From Pseudogymnoascus verrucosus (Eukaryota): a stretch of DNA of 42,846 nt. This document shows positions 13,276 to 27,178 of this stretch, piece by piece. The stretch lies in assembly GCA_001662655.1 (NCBI GenBank), contig KV460269.1. One strand, 5' to 3'. The notes beneath the pieces are model-generated. The model saw nothing but the letters and a program-made list of their open reading frames with translations, did not search any database and was not told where the DNA came from. Every line of letters begins with the position of its first letter. The first letter of the stretch is position 1. Both the position numbers and the translations under genes were made by a program.

Positions 13276-13568
13276 GATGGAAAGCTTGTTTTTAGGAGAT
13301 TGAGCTATTAAGAGCGATGAAGGTATGAGTTCAGGTTTGAGAGGTCGCAGAGCGTCAGAAAGCTTGAATAGAAGAAAACTTGGAAAGAAAAGTGAACGAT
13401 TGATAAAGAATTGGGTATCAGAGAAAATAATAACGAGAGTTTTAGAGCTGAAGTGCACACATCAAGCAAGCTTGTGATTGCGGCTGGCTGGACACGCAAT
13501 TACGAGGTAGTAGCGCGGGGGACGAGGCTGGACAAATCAAGGCGCCTGCGCCCCATGGCAACGCACTG

Positions 13569-13651
13569 GCCAATAGGCGGGTCTAGGCACGTGATTGGAG
13601 CCTCGCTTAATCTCAGTCGTCGTCCAAGCTTCTACGAACACAGTGTCCCGC
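13569..13651. promoter_or_regulatory. Divergent promoter elements: CCAAT box, CACGTG E-box flanked by ATTGG, UPRE-like CACAGTGTCC
   Basis: gccaataggcgggtctaggcacgtgattgg and cacagtgtcc lie between the small-protein gene and SEC24; motif match only. Confidence 0.35.
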
Positions 13652-13909
13652 GCCAGGAATGGGGAGCTACTCGGGACAGCTTCATACCACGTACACTCAT
13701 ATCAATCTAGGCTCATAGGTGACAGCGAACCCAATCTTGCAAAGCTACAGCTTGTTAAAGTCCCTGGGCGGCCTTTGCACAGCATATTCGCATTTAAAAG
13801 TGGTTGCAGAGTCTCATTATCCACCTGTCTGCCCGCTTGACGACACCAATACATTCGCGCCCACGACGTCTAGACCGGTGACAAAAAGGAACCCAACTCG
13901 ACCTCAGCC

Positions 13910-16900
13910 ATGTCGGCCCCTCAAGAAGGTTATCCACCGCAAGGTTATCCGCAACAGGAGCAATATGGGGAGCAGCAACCACAACCTGGCTTCGGAGCTG
14001 CTGCACCACCTCCGGCCGAGGAGCACCATGACGGCCATGGCAAGAAAAAGAAGAGAGGATACGCTGCGCAAGCATACGATTTTGGCGCTGGCGGTAACGC
14101 AGCTCTAGGAGGGCAACCGCCAAACCCAGAAAACTTTGCTCCAGTTGGCGCCCCAGCTTATGGTGGTTACCCTGCTGCTGCCGAGCAGCCAGCTTATACT
14201 GGGAACCAGCCATACACCGACGCCCCTCAACCGTCAACTTTTGGCCAGTCTGCCCTCGGCGGCCTTGGAGGATACCAGGCACCACAACAACCAGCTGGGT
14301 ACCCGGCACCTGGAGCCCCTCCCGGTGGTGATGTTGGAGGTATCACGCAGGGAATGGGCCAGATGGGAATTGCGCCTCAAGCTGCTGCGCCAGGCGCTGG
14401 AGGTGCACCGAGGGTTGCCCTGAACCAGCTATATCCCACCGATCTTTTAAACCAGCCATTTAATGTTGCTGAAATTGAGCTGCCTCCGCCACCAATTATC
14501 CTCCCACCAAATGTAAGCTGGGCATTCCTAACTGACAGAAATTATTTGGCTAATTTGCTTAAAGTCGAGCGTCACACCGTCACCGGACGCAAACAGCTCC
14601 CACAAATACGTGCGATCTACCCTCAATGCAGTTCCAACAACCAACAATCTCTTAAAAAAGTCGAAGCTTCCATTTGCCCTCGTCATTCAGCCATACACTT
14701 CCTTACATGATGCGGACGACCCAGTTCCAGTTATCCAAGATCAGATCATTTCTCGTTGCCGAAGATGTAGGACGTATATCAACCCCTATGTTACTTTCCT
14801 CGACCATGGACACAGATGGCGCTGTAACATGTGCAATCTGACCAACGATGTCCCACAGGGATTTGATTGGGATGCTGCAACACAGCAGAGTGTAGACAGG
14901 TGGCAGAGAGCCGAACTGAACCACGCCGTTGTCGAATTCGTGGCTCCACAAGAGTACATGGTTAGGCCACCGCAGCCTCTGGTGTACCTCTTCCTCTTCG
15001 ACGTAAGCTATAACGCTGTGAACAATGGCCTCTTGGCTACCAGCGCACGCACAATCCTCGACAGCCTCAACAGGATACCCAACGCCGACCGCAGGACGCG
15101 CCTCGGCTTCATGGCTGTGGACTCGAGCTTGCACTACTTCACAATTCCAAAGGATACCGAAGAGAACGGAGAGACAAATATGCTTGTGGTTAGCGACTTG
15201 GATGAGCCGTTTTTGCCAATCCCCCAAGAGTTGCTGGTACCCCTGTCGGAGTGCAGGACAAATATCGAGGCATTCCTCACCAAATTACCGAGCATGTTCC
15301 AGAACAACGTAATCACCACATCGTGCATGGGATCGGCATTGCGCGCCGGTCACAAGCTTATTTCACCGCTTGGTGGCAAGCTTGTGGTACTGACGGCTAC
15401 GCTGCCCAATGTTGGCTATGGAAAGCTCGACTTGCGTGAAGATCCAAAGGCTCTCGGAACCAGCAAGGAAGGCGCCCTGTTGCAAACCCAAAACAGCTTT
15501 TATAAAAGCTTTGCTGTCGAGTGTTCCAAGAACCAGGTTTCCATCGACATGTTCCTCTTTTCTTCACAATACCAGGATGTGGCATCGCTGAGCAACCTGC
15601 CCCGATACACCGGAGGGCAAACCTACTTCTACCCAGGATGGAGCGCTGTGAGAAGCGAAGATGCTATCAAATTTGCCTCGGAGTTCAGCGACTACCTCTC
15701 TTCTGAAATCGGTTTGGAGGCCGTTCTACGTGTCCGTGCGACCACTGGACTGAGAATGAATACCTTCTACGGCAACTTCTTCAACCGCAGCTCTGATCTG
15801 TGCGCGTTCCCAGCGTTCCCTCGTGACCAGGCATATGTCGTTGAGGTCGCTATTGACGAAACCCTCACGAAGAACTTCATCTGTATGCAGGCCGCTGTGC
15901 TCCATACAACGAGCAATGGGGAGCGCAGAATTAGGGTCATGACACTGTCTCTCCCTACGACAACAATCCTAGCCGATCTCTACGCGTCAGCGGATCAATG
16001 TGCGATCACTACTTACTTCAGTCACAAGGCAGTCGAACGCGCCCTTAGCAACGGCCTGGAGTCCGCGCGTGAATCCCTGCAGTCGAAGCTCATTGAGCTC
16101 CTCCAAACGTTCAAGAAAGAGCTTGCTGGAGGAAACATGGGTGGTGGCGGTCTTCAATTCCCAGCTAACCTCCGCGGCCTCCCTACTCTTTTCCTGGGAC
16201 TGATTAAGAACCTCGGTCTACGAAAGTCGGCCCAGATTCCGTCCGATCTTCGTTCTGCCGCCCTTTGCCTGCTCTCCACGCTGCCATTACCGCTGATGAT
16301 GCAGTACATCTACCCACGCCTTTACTCTTTGCACGACATGCCCGATAATGTCGGTATCCCAGACCCAGAGACCAGCGAGATTGTCCTCCCGGCTCCGCTC
16401 AACCTCTCTTCCGAGCGCCTCGTTCCATATGGTCTATATCTTATCACCGATGGCCAAACTCAATTCCTGTGGGTTGGCCGCGATGCTGTACCGCAGCTCC
16501 TGGAAGACGTCTTTGGCGTGCCTGATAGGACACAAGTCAAGGTCGGCAAAGCATCACTGCCAGAGCTAGACAATGACTTCAATGAGCGCATTAGAGCTGT
16601 CATGCTGAAGTGCAAGGATTACAGATCCAGGGGTGTTGGAAGCATAATCCAGCCACACCTATATATCGTCAAGGAGGATGGAGACCCAAGCTTGAAGCTG
16701 TGGGCGCAGACAATGTTGCTGGAGGACAGGGCAGACCAGGGGATGAGCTTCCAGCAGTGGATGGGGACACTGAGAGAGAAGGTAGGTTAATCGTACATGA
16801 CCTTTTAGCCTTTGAAAGCCCGGCTCTGTGCAGAGGCGTTAAGGCGTGTTAAATCGGACTCACGTGCTGATGTATGCTTTGCGTGCAGGTTATGCAATAA
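13910..16900 (+). CDS. SEC24: COPII coat subunit Sec24
   Basis: Pro/Gly/Gln-rich N-terminus; Zn finger [11 protein letters not shown]...WRCNMC; trunk motifs [15 protein letters not shown] and [12 protein letters not shown]; introns 14513-14564 and 16782-16888. Confidence 0.97.
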
Positions 16901-17361
16901 GTGCTAAAGCACACAATGACTCGAAAGCGAAATATACGACGGTGGCCACTGATGATGAAATGAGCGTGCTCTAGTGGGCAGGCGGGGTATGAAGGAAATA
17001 ACGATACGTTGATAGCAATTTTGATAGGGGAGCAAAGAGTTTACGTATAGACTGAGTGTGAAGAGAAGCACTGTTGATTAATATACATCGTCCAGTAGCT
17101 GAGCCTCTAGCATTATATCTTCTGCAATTTGGAGTCTATTGATGGATGCACTTCATGTTAAAACCTAGTTACAGTAGCAACGTGTAACTTTCTAGCGAAT
17201 AAAAAATGTCAAACAACACGGAATAAGTCATATAACATGACAATCTATCCACTATTTCCAAATCCAAGACTTCGTCATTCAATATGCCAATAGCTCACTG
17301 TTTTGTTTTTTTCTACATCCTGCACATTCAATATTATAATTTGGCCTTCACGTTTCTAAAT

Positions 17362-17400
17362 GCACGTGACCAATTGCTCATAGATTCTCGCTGAGTCAGC
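17362..17400. promoter_or_regulatory. CACGTG E-box, CCAAT and palindromic AP-1/CpcA-type site GCTGAGTCAGC upstream of COG6
   Basis: gcacgtgaccaat and gctgagtcagc (TGAGTCA 17392-17398) about 100-140 bp upstream of the ATG; motif match only. Confidence 0.4.
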
Positions 17401-17503
17401 ATTATATTGTAAGCAGCCAATGACAACCACCGACAACCTCCTGAACCATCTCCCAGGAACTCTATGAATCCCGTGACTAGAACGCATCATTAGTTACGAA
17501 GAG

Positions 17504-19669
17504 ATGGCAGCTGGTTATTTCCCGACCAAGGGGCAATCGCCGGTAGATAGCCGCGTTGCTTCTCCCGCCCTGTCCAGTACTGGCCAGGCGCCCATACGTT
17601 CTAATGCGCTGTCGTCGAAGGTCAACAGTGTCCTCTCGGCATCATATGCAGACCTTGAGATCAGAGATGCCTTGCAATTACTTGATGAAAGAGGAGTTGA
17701 GAATACAGTGGAGACAAGACGTCAGCTGAGACTCGATATTCAGAAGGATGTCATTGACAGCAATGGGCTGGTGATCAAGGAGTTCGGCCATGTCGCAGAG
17801 GTGGGTTGGCTGCATTTTCGACTCTCCGATATACGGGCCAAACTGACACGTTGAAAATAGCAACTCAGACGCATCGGGCAGAGTATTGCAAATCTGAATC
17901 AGGGATGTGAAGAGATGCGGAGGCACATTACGGCCGCTCACCAGGAAACCGCGCCAGTGTTGGATGAGGCGTCTGATCTGATGGCGCGCAAGAAGGATGT
18001 TGAAATGAAGCAGAAATTGCTTCAAGCTTTCAGCGCCCATTTTGTCATGTCCGACGATGACATTGCGACTCTCACCTCTACCGCGGAACCAGTTAATGAC
18101 GAGTTCTTCATCGTTCTTAACCGCGCTAAACAGATCCAAGTGGACTGTGAGATCCTCTTGAGCTCTGAGAACCAGAGGCTTGGCCTGGAGATTATGGAGC
18201 AAATCACGACAAACCTCAATGGCGCATTTCAGAAGTTGTATAGGTGGATCCAACGCGAGTTTAAGTCACTTAATCTGGAGAACCCCCAAATCAACGCCTC
18301 CATACGAAGGGCGCTGAGAGTATTGGCAGAAAGGCCAACACTGTTCCAGAACTGTCTTGATTTCTTCGCCGAAGCGAGGGAGCATATTCTGTCAGATTCG
18401 TTTTATACGGCATTGACTGGTTTATCGGTAACCGGAGATGAAGATAAGACAGTGAAACCTTTAGAGCTTGTGGCACATGACCCCCTGCGCTATGTTGGTG
18501 ATATGCTGGCGTGGACCCATTCTGCTACTGTCAGTGAAAGAGAAGCACTTGAGGTGTTATTTATCTCCGACGGCAATGAGATTGCCAAAGGCATTCAAGC
18601 TGGTAGAGATAGTGAACCGTGGAATAAATATACTCGGGACGAAGAAGCAGACACTGTTTTCGATGGCCACAAGGCCCTGAATGATCTCGTTGACCGAGAT
18701 GTCGCTGGCGTAGCGCGCGTGCTGAAACAACGCATTGAGCAAGTTATACAGAGCCACGACGAAACAATCCTAGTTTACAAGATCTCGAATCTGGTTAACT
18801 TCTATCGGGTCATGTTTACAAAAATCCTGGGCGAAGATTCTGCGTTGCTAAGCACACTTCAAGGACTAGAGGACTTTGGCTTACGCCAGTTCCGCGTACT
18901 GATGCGAGACCATATTGCCAGCTTGCAGACTGAAACGCAGCAGGCACCTGCAGACTTGGGCCTGCCGATTTTCTTGCAAGAAGGGCTCAAACAGCTCACT
19001 GAGATTATGAAAACCTACGACACATCATTTACCAGCGCGAAGAGCCGAGAAGAAAACTTCAAAACAGTTCTCGAGGATGCCTTTGAACCATACATCAGGG
19101 GTATAGAGACCATGGCAAAAGATATGGAGATGCCATCAAATTCGATATTCATCATCAACTGCCTCCTATCTTGCAAGACGGCGCTAGAATCGTACCAATT
19201 CACAGCCGACCGCGCCGAGGAGCTCGGAAAGACAGTAGAGCAGCACTCAATTGACCTTATTGAGTATCAATATGCCTTTTTCTTGCAGAGCTCTGGACTA
19301 CAGCGTCTCGTCGACACGTTGCAATCCATGGGCAATGAGCCAGACCTGAAAAAACTCGTATCCACCGAGGCTTTCCAGCCACAAGCTCTTAAGGATGCCA
19401 GCCAGATACTAGACGACTTCTTGCCATCCGCTCTCATGGACGCGTTGGATAATTTGAGGAAGCTTCAAAGTTCAAGGTTAGCACGGGAAATCACTGAAGA
19501 GGCGGCCGATAGGTTCTGCGAGGACTTTGAGGTGGTGGAGGAGAGGATTACCCAGGCCGATGGTGTTGCGGAGAGGTCAGAGGATGAGGAAGAGGAGGAC
19601 GAAGAGATACTTGGACTCCGAGCTTTGTTCCCACGAACTAGCGGGGAGATTCGAGTTCTACTGACGTAG
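17504..19669 (+). CDS. COG6: Conserved oligomeric Golgi complex subunit 6
   Basis: Intron 17801-17860; motifs [37 protein letters not shown]-terminal [12 protein letters not shown]. Confidence 0.95.
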
Positions 19670-20275
19670 AGAGGGAGCAGATATATCTTGGGATATTGGC
19701 AACTTAACTTCGGGAATCCGCATAATACTGTGGCCCAAATATAGACGATGAGACATGCAACAGTATCCCTTAACAAAAGCTGCGGTGACTACATTCCGTG
19801 ACGTTTGACAACGGCTCATTAGCGCCTCAGTTTGGTATATATACAGTATGTAGTTGTGACGGAGGCGATCGACAGCTGTCTGGCGCATGCGGAAGCGTAG
19901 ATTGTGGTGGGGATCCTTGCCAATCAAGTGCCACCCCGCATTTCCCACTGTGCCAGCCTCACTGGTGATGTGTGCTACCCTGTTCGTCTCTACTTTTGCC
20001 ATGAGCGTCATAATTAATATCTTGTATACTAGAGGAATTATGGCCTTGTAAAGTTTCCTTATCGTCTTGATTGTAGTCTGGAAAAGTAACTGTAATATTT
20101 CTGGTTTTGCGCGGCAAGCACAGGTCCCACTATCAGACATCGACGTCATTTTGCACCTGTACGAACATCAATCAGCCCTGCCACAACTACGGTCATCCCC
20201 AACATACGAACAACAATACTGCGAATTAGCCAGGCATCAACCCTGTGGGATGTGTCGGCTGTTAACTAAGAAACC

Positions 20276-23002
20276 ATGATGCGGAATAAGAATTTCTCGT
20301 CACTGCAAAAGACGTACGATGAGTGTTACTTGATATGCTCAACCGCAGTGTACTTCGAGAGTCAGGTATGCGCAAGACAACCCTGCCGGCGAAGACCCCA
20401 TGCTAGGTCTTCACTCATTGAAGTTTATATTTACTAACGTATGGCCAATAGGGCAATGAAAGCGAGGCCTTGCGGTCATGGCGGTCAGCCCTCGACCAGA
20501 TTTACTTCTTCAACGCACGAACACCTGCCGATCTGCGCCCACGGTCAGAAACCGAGAAAGCATTGAAGGATAGTCTGAGGGATATGGAGTTGCAATGCAA
20601 AGAGCGGGTTGAACTTCTAGAGGCTCTGAGCGTTTCACGAGGAGATAAAGCGTCGGCGGACGAAGGCGCGGGCGTCGGGTCATCATCTCAACAGTCGAGC
20701 ACAGCGAACAAGCTCTCGAAGAGCCCTATAACTCCGCGCCCGTCAAACGAATCCGAAGCACCTGTTAGAGGATTTATTGGAGATGGTACTATTCCTGCTA
20801 TGAGCTATCCGGATCTCTCTCGGCCTGCTCGTCCTACACCATCCCCAAGACCAAGGCCACCAGTCCCTCCAAGGAATATATCCGACCGTGCGGTTGTTGG
20901 ACGGAACTCGTCAAGCACGACAGTATCGAGCGATACTGCTATAAACGCTGCTCAGGCTCAAGTGCCTTCTTCTGGGCCAGACAGCTTAGTTCCACCAAAG
21001 AAGGTATCCAAAAAGACGTCTAGGAGCAGAAGTCCACAGAAAGAGCGATCCATGCTTACTACACTACGATTCAACAAGGGAGAAAAGCGACCTACTAAAC
21101 CGGCACGGGTTTCTTCGAATACCACTGATGACACTGTGACTAGCAAAGCAGCAACTCTGGCATGGAACGCTCTCCGAAAAAAGCCGTCACCTAAAGATGA
21201 TGGTGGCAGAACACATGCTCTAGGAGTGGCTGCAAGCGCAACTGCGTTGGATAGCAGTCGCAAACAAGGAACAGCAGAACGACCAAGTTCCGATAACCAG
21301 GAAGTCTACTACAACAGTCATTCCAGGAGACTTGTCACTGGCCGGCCAAAGAGCAATAGCCCGCCAGAATCTACAACCCGAGGTGAATCATATTCTACTG
21401 GCGACGGTCCTGAATATCCATTTCCGTCTACAAACCCACAACAGCAGGCAGCTGGGTCTGAACCGATGCTAAATTTTCCTACAGTCTCCGAAATTCAGAA
21501 CCTTCCACCCATCGCTCCATCATCAGATCCCGAAACCACCTCTAGGTTTAAGTTTAGGACTCCGCCTCCGGTTCCACCAGCCAAGCCCGCAAAGTTCGAC
21601 GCTCCATCATATCCTACATACCTAAGGGAATACCCAGAAACTACTGCCAAGAAGAATGCTGTGGAAAGCCGAACCATGTTGCCACTCCGTAGGAGATCGC
21701 CCGCTAAGCCAAGGACCTCTGGGGAAGAGAGAAATCCGGAAGCAAACGGCTCGTCTTCCCGCAAAGACGCACGCCATGTAGGAAGAACGTCCCTCGATGA
21801 TGATAGCTCCTCCCCTAGTTATGATGAAAGGTCCGGTCGACCCAGGAGGCCCCGGAGGAAGATTCCAAAACAGAAGGAGAAAGAAGATGCCATTTTAGCA
21901 GACGCCGATGCACCGAAGGTTGAAGAGTCTGATGACTCTGCGGATAGGCAGGAGCAAGATGATTGGGCAAAGAAAGTCAAGTACATGATGAAGCATCTGC
22001 CCAAAGGCTGCGACGAGCTTGCCGCCAAGCAAATCTTCAATGAAATTGTTGTGAAGGGCGATGAGGTTCATTGGGACGATGTGGCTGGACTAGATGCTGC
22101 AAAAAATGCCTTGAAGGAGGCTGTGGTGTATCCATTCCTGCGGCCGGATCTTTTTATGGGTCTCCGAGAACCAGCTAGGGGTATGCTCCTCTTTGGCCCA
22201 CCGGGAACAGGCAAGACCATGCTTGCTAGAGCCGTGGCAACGGAATCCAGGTCGACATTCTTCTCGATCTCGGCGAGCAGTCTCACAAGTAAATATTTGG
22301 GCGAATCCGAGAAACTTGTCCGGGCGCTTTTCGCGCTGGCAAAATATCTCGCGCCTAGTATTATCTTTGTCGACGAGATTGACTCTCTGCTCTCTAGCCG
22401 TGCCGGTGCTGGCGAACATGAGGCTACTAGAAGAATCAAAACGGAGTTCCTCATCCAGTGGAGTGACCTCCAGCGCGCTGCTGCTGGCCGAGAACAGACT
22501 GATAAGGAGAAGGATGCGGGTGATCCCACTCGAGTGCTTGTCTTAGCTGCCACCAATATGCCCTGGCTAATTGACGATGCCGCGCGGAGAAGGTTTGTAA
22601 GGAGACAATACATTCCACTGCCGGAGGGTGATACCAGGGCCGTCCAGTTAGCAAATCTGCTTGGTCACCAGAAGCACAATTTGAGCGTGGAAGATATCCA
22701 GAAGCTGGTCATGATTACTGAAGGTAAGCATTCTGAAATTATATACGCCAAGCACCCATAGTACTTTGCTAACTATTCAAGGCTTTTCTGGCTCAGATAT
22801 CACGGCCCTGGCTAAGGACGCTGCTATGGGTCCTCTCCGTTCGCTTGGTGAAGCGCTCCTTCACATGCCCATGGACCAAATTCGCCCATTCCAATTTGAA
22901 GACTTTATGGCAAGTCTGGTGAACATTAGACCTAGCGTGAGTCAGCAGGGTCTCATGGAGTATGAGGCGTGGGCGAAGGAATTTGGTGAGAGAGGCGGTT
23001 GA
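20276..23002 (+). CDS. AAA+ ATPase of the spastin/fidgetin clade (yeast Sap1/Yta6-like)
   Basis: Introns 20366-20451 and 22724-22781; WDDVAGL, Walker A GPPGTGKT, Walker [24 protein letters not shown], Vps4_C-like tail; long disordered linker. Confidence 0.93.
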
Positions 23003-23295
23003 TGCATTGTTATTATAAGGGCCTGGTATTCTCGGTGTGGGGACAGGGGGCGTTCAAGGCGGCATCACCAATGGGGCAACGGATCACTGTGGTCTCCATA
23101 GAGTATAGTAGGATGCGCAGTATTGATATGCGAATGCACGACTATATAATACACATGGTTACTTAGTACATATTTTACAGTCTCTCCGCCTCCTCGAATC
23201 TATATCACAGCCTCAATGTCGCAGAACGCCCCAAAAATGCCCAAACCCTCCGATCATCAAAACAATCCCCGAGCAGGTAGTTTCTCTCCAATACC

Positions 23296-23792
23296 CTACG
23301 CATTCTCCTCAATCTTTTCCTCTGTGCCAATCTTCGCTCTCCTTAATTGTTTCGCCTCCTTCTTCAACCTCCTCTCCTCCAGACGCTCCACCTCGGTCAT
23401 CACTGACGGTCGCGCCTCGATGGGCTCTCCAAAGGGCGCGATGATGCGGCTTACGACGTGGCGCACACTCTTGCTTACACGCCATCCGGAGCTGATCTCG
23501 ATAATATCGCCTGCGCGCAGGGATGAGCGTGGATCGTGGACCAAAACCGTTTGCGGGTAGTTGAAGTACTAAAGCTTACTGTCAGCATTGGTATTCTTTG
23601 TCACAGAGGCTACTTTAATGCGACATAGCCGGGTGGGCAGGAGGAGCTCAAGGCGAGTGATATAGAGAGGAAATTTACCTTCCGGACGTGCTTGTTCCAC
23701 TTCTGACCCCCGATGCGGACCTTGACGGTCTTCTGCATGAGGCCTGCCGTGAGCACGACGGCGTTTATAACGCGCGATTGGGGGGCCGACAT
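23296..23792 (-). CDS. MRPS17: Mitochondrial small-subunit ribosomal protein uS17m
   Basis: Intron 23678-23569; AGLMQKTVKVR...LVHDPRSSLRAGDIIEI...RVSKSVRHVV matches the S17 OB-fold pattern. Confidence 0.85.
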
Positions 23793-24937
23793 AGTTGGGT
23801 TTCGGCGCTTTGAGCGCGGTCCAGACTGGTCGTGCTGCGAGTTCAATTGAGCTGTATTGACTGCGGGAGAGGAAGAGCGGTTACGGAGGCCGAGGATGTG
23901 AGGCGTAGATTTGACATCGTGAGGGTCTTCCGAATTGGACGAGGTTCGAGAGATTTTGGTGGAGTGTTTGTCATGTTTGCTCGGGTACAGGGGTGTGCTC
24001 GACAACTTTATAGAAACCCAATCTGCGGTTACTACAACAAAACAGAAATTGGGCCAGACCAAAATAGTGGCAGATAGCTTAGTATATTTTTCTCTGGTTT
24101 TCTTATTCCAATATAGATCAATTATTGATGTATCTGTGGCTGCGCCCTGTTTTGTTCTACGGCTAATATTTGTCTGGAGAGATTTTTGGATATGTAATCT
24201 CCCCGACCAAAACGAGTTTCCCCAAGTGATACTCAGATGCTTTATTTTTATATTTTTCGGTATCACTTTCTTATTTAGACTACGTTTTAAGCCGGTATGT
24301 TGCTCTACACTATCCCGTACATCGCAATGTAGGAATATCCAAAGATGGATAATATACCACAGCCCTCAAATATATATTTACAAAGTCGCATCCCTAGGCT
24401 GAGTCGACTATCATCCTTACTTACGAAACATATAAGTCGAGAACTGCAATTGAGAAGAGACGGAATGTACCTGTGGGCGTTGATGAGAAAAGGAGGCGGT
24501 GGGGTGAAAAACTACAGCGGCGGCAACAGGAAGGGGGTCCGGTGACGGAACGCCTCGCGGTGAGCGCCAAATCGTCGAGAGACAGCCATAGTTCTCGATT
24601 CTCCTTGACGATTTCTACTCTGGCCTTATTATCCTCCACAGATCTGCCTGTCTTCTGCTTTGCGACCTCGTCCTGGACAATCTATAGCTGCGCAGTGACT
24701 TCCCGGAGCTGCATACGCAGCGAAGACAACAGCAATCACTAGCAACGAACGTATATATACCACATATTCGCTCGAAGAACAGGCTACAGGCTGTAGTGAG
24801 AGGATATGGTTATAAAAGTTCGATATATTGTCAACAAAGGCTTAATAAATAAATTTTGATATGCACTCTTGTGGTAACTCAATTGGTTCCATTACATATA
24901 TACAGAGTTCAGGTGCCCACGCCATTCATCCATCCCC

Positions 24938-25496
24938 TTATTTCGAAATCCCTTGAGGCGTCGCTGCGAATGTAGGTCGCACAAATCTGCAATAGATGTC
25001 AGTCAAACGTGAAGAGGAGGCCCATCAAACTCGGGATGATCGTACCTATCGGAATTGTATGCGCTCGTAGTCTTGCCCAGCAGCTCCTTCTCTCTGCTCT
25101 GGTCGGCCAAATGCCTACGGACAAGATCTCTATCCTCCTCTGCCGTCAACATCGGAATCAGGTAGATTCTCGACCACATCTTCTCGCGCGCAAGCTCACT
25201 GGAAGTACCGTTAGCACTCCATCTCCACAACCACATTCCAGCTCCCTGTCCTATCGCATGTTGGTAATCGACATACTTTTGTTCTCTGATTCCCTGTCCA
25301 ACTCTCCAGAAGCCGTAGGTCATCAATGCGCCCATTCCGAGAAGCAGATATGCCGGGCGGAAGCCTCTGGCCGGCAAGTTGCGCTATTCCGCCGTTAGCA
25401 CAGTATAGAGACAGCCGAATCATCCAATTGATTGAGAATATATACCTTGTACTGGACGGCATTGTAGCCACCAACTGGAGGCAGGTCTTGAGGCAT
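24938..25496 (-). CDS. NDUFA13: NADH:ubiquinone oxidoreductase subunit A13 (B16.6/GRIM-19)
   Basis: Four exons: MPQDLPPVGGYNAVQYK|RNLPARGFRP...|ELAREKMWSRIYLIPMLTAEEDRD...|FVRPTF. Confidence 0.95.
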
Positions 25497-25762
25497 CGTG
25501 ATGTGTTTGGCAGCTCTATGGTGGTTCACGCGTGGTGAGCTTCCAGGTGAGGTGAAAGCGGTGAGTTGTCGGGTGATCACGTGATATATTTGCAACCTAA
25601 GGCACACATAACTGTGCCTTTTCCAGGGCCGAGACTAAGCCTTATACAGCGATGGTGGGGTTTTCTGCCATTGATTCCAAGAGCAGAGGACGCACAAGGT
25701 GCTGACCCAGGTCAATTTCAGTAACTGCACCGGCGAACTCAGAGTGGCGCATAACAATCAGG

Positions 25763-27178
25763 ATGGCGGAAACAGAAGAGCGTCCCTCAAAAATGAGGAA
25801 GCTCGAACCTGTCAACGATATTAGTATCTCCCAGACGGATGGGCAAGATGACATTGAAAACGATTTAAAAACCTCACAACAATCTATTGAGAAACACGAA
25901 ACTGAAAGCGCCGTACCCTCGGACTCAGAACATGAAGAGGAAGAACAAGATGTTAACAAAAACAAGACAGCCGGTGGTCTTGCGGGCGACTCGGGGACTC
26001 CCTCTATGTCCAAGAACCAATTGAAGAAGATTCGCAGAAAGGCTGCGTGGGAAGCCGGCAAAGACTATCGAAAGGAACAGAAGAAGGCCAAGATAACTGC
26101 GAAGAGGGCACAACGAGCAGCAGATAAGGCCGAATTGCTTGCGAGTGGCATTGACCTAGCCGCCCTGGCGAAACCACGTCCGACACCATCAACACAAGTT
26201 CCCGTAACGCTACTATTGGATTGCGATTTTGATGGCTATATGACGGACAAGGAGGTTATGAGCTTGGGTCAGCAGATTACGAGGTGTTATAGCGACAATA
26301 AGCATGCAAAATACCGAGCGCACCTGGTTGTTAGCAGCTTTGGCGGGCGACTAAAAGAAAGATACGAGACGGTGCTGTCGAACCATCATTTAGGTTGGAA
26401 GGGCGTTACATTTTCGGAGAAGTTCTTCGTCGAGGCAGCAAAAGATATCCATGATGTTATGATTGGGTCCGAAGGGGGAAGGGTGAAGGGTGCATTGCTA
26501 GGCGCTTTACTTCCAACAGACAACATTCCGGTACTGGTTCAAGAGCCAGACACGAGCGATAAAATCCAGCAACCAAACGAACCAGCCTCGGAGCCAGAAA
26601 AGCAAACTACAGCTCAACCCGCCCAGGCCGCGAATGGTTCTGAGTCATCAATCCCTTCTGAACCAGTATCGACGCCCCAAATTCCCGATATTCCAATTCC
26701 AACTACTCCCCAAATCGTGTACCTCTCTTCCGACTCCGAGCACACCCTTGACTCACTCTCACCATACACTACCTATGTTATCGGCGGCATTGTAGATAAG
26801 AACCGCCACAAAGGGCTATGCCACAAACGGGCCAACGAGCTCGGCATCCCGACAGCGAAGCTACCCATTGGAGAGTATATGCAGATGCAGAGCCGCACAG
26901 TACTAACAACGAACCATGTGGTTGAGATCATGGCGAACTGGCTGGAAACTGGGGACTGGGGGGAGGCATTCTTGAAGGCGATTCCAAAGAGGAAGGAGGC
27001 CGTCTTGAGGAAGGGTGGAAAGAAACAGAGGCCAGAGAATGGAAAAGAAGGTGAAAATGAAGGCGAAGATGATGTTCTGGAAGAAGATACGATGGAGATG
27101 GATGAAACGAATAATGATGAAGCTACACCCAAAGATTCGAAAGGGCAGAATGCTGCAGCGGTTGATGAGACAGTTTAA
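25763..27178 (+). CDS. TRM10: tRNA (guanine-9-N1)-methyltransferase (SPOUT)
   Basis: Single 471-aa ORF; MSKNQLKK, SLGQQITRCYSDN, VYLSSDS, YVIGGIVDKNRHKG, TAKLPIGEY, VLTTNHVVEI, IPKRK. Confidence 0.96.
   Translation: MAETEERPSKMRKLEPVNDISISQTDGQDDIENDLKTSQQSIEKHETESAVPSDSEHEEEEQDVNKNKTAGGLAGDSGTPSMSKNQLKKIRRKAAWEAGKDYRKEQKKAKITAKRAQRAADKAELLASGIDLAALAKPRPTPSTQVPVTLLLDCDFDGYMTDKEVMSLGQQITRCYSDNKHAKYRAHLVVSSFGGRLKERYETVLSNHHLGWKGVTFSEKFFVEAAKDIHDVMIGSEGGRVKGALLGALLPTDNIPVLVQEPDTSDKIQQPNEPASEPEKQTTAQPAQAANGSESSIPSEPVSTPQIPDIPIPTTPQIVYLSSDSEHTLDSLSPYTTYVIGGIVDKNRHKGLCHKRANELGIPTAKLPIGEYMQMQSRTVLTTNHVVEIMANWLETGDWGEAFLKAIPKRKEAVLRKGGKKQRPENGKEGENEGEDDVLEEDTMEMDETNNDEATPKDSKGQNAAAVDETV

Noticed and set aside
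12761..13303. 180-aa plus-strand ORF
   Set aside because: Antisense to the spliced small membrane protein gene; no recognisable features
19658..20279. ORFs between COG6 and the AAA ATPase
   Set aside because: No coding signature; consistent with terminator and promoter DNA
23610..24266. 218-aa ORF extending MRPS17 upstream
   Set aside because: Non-ATG start, no recognisable domain, and reads into the intron; the real start is likely ATG 23792
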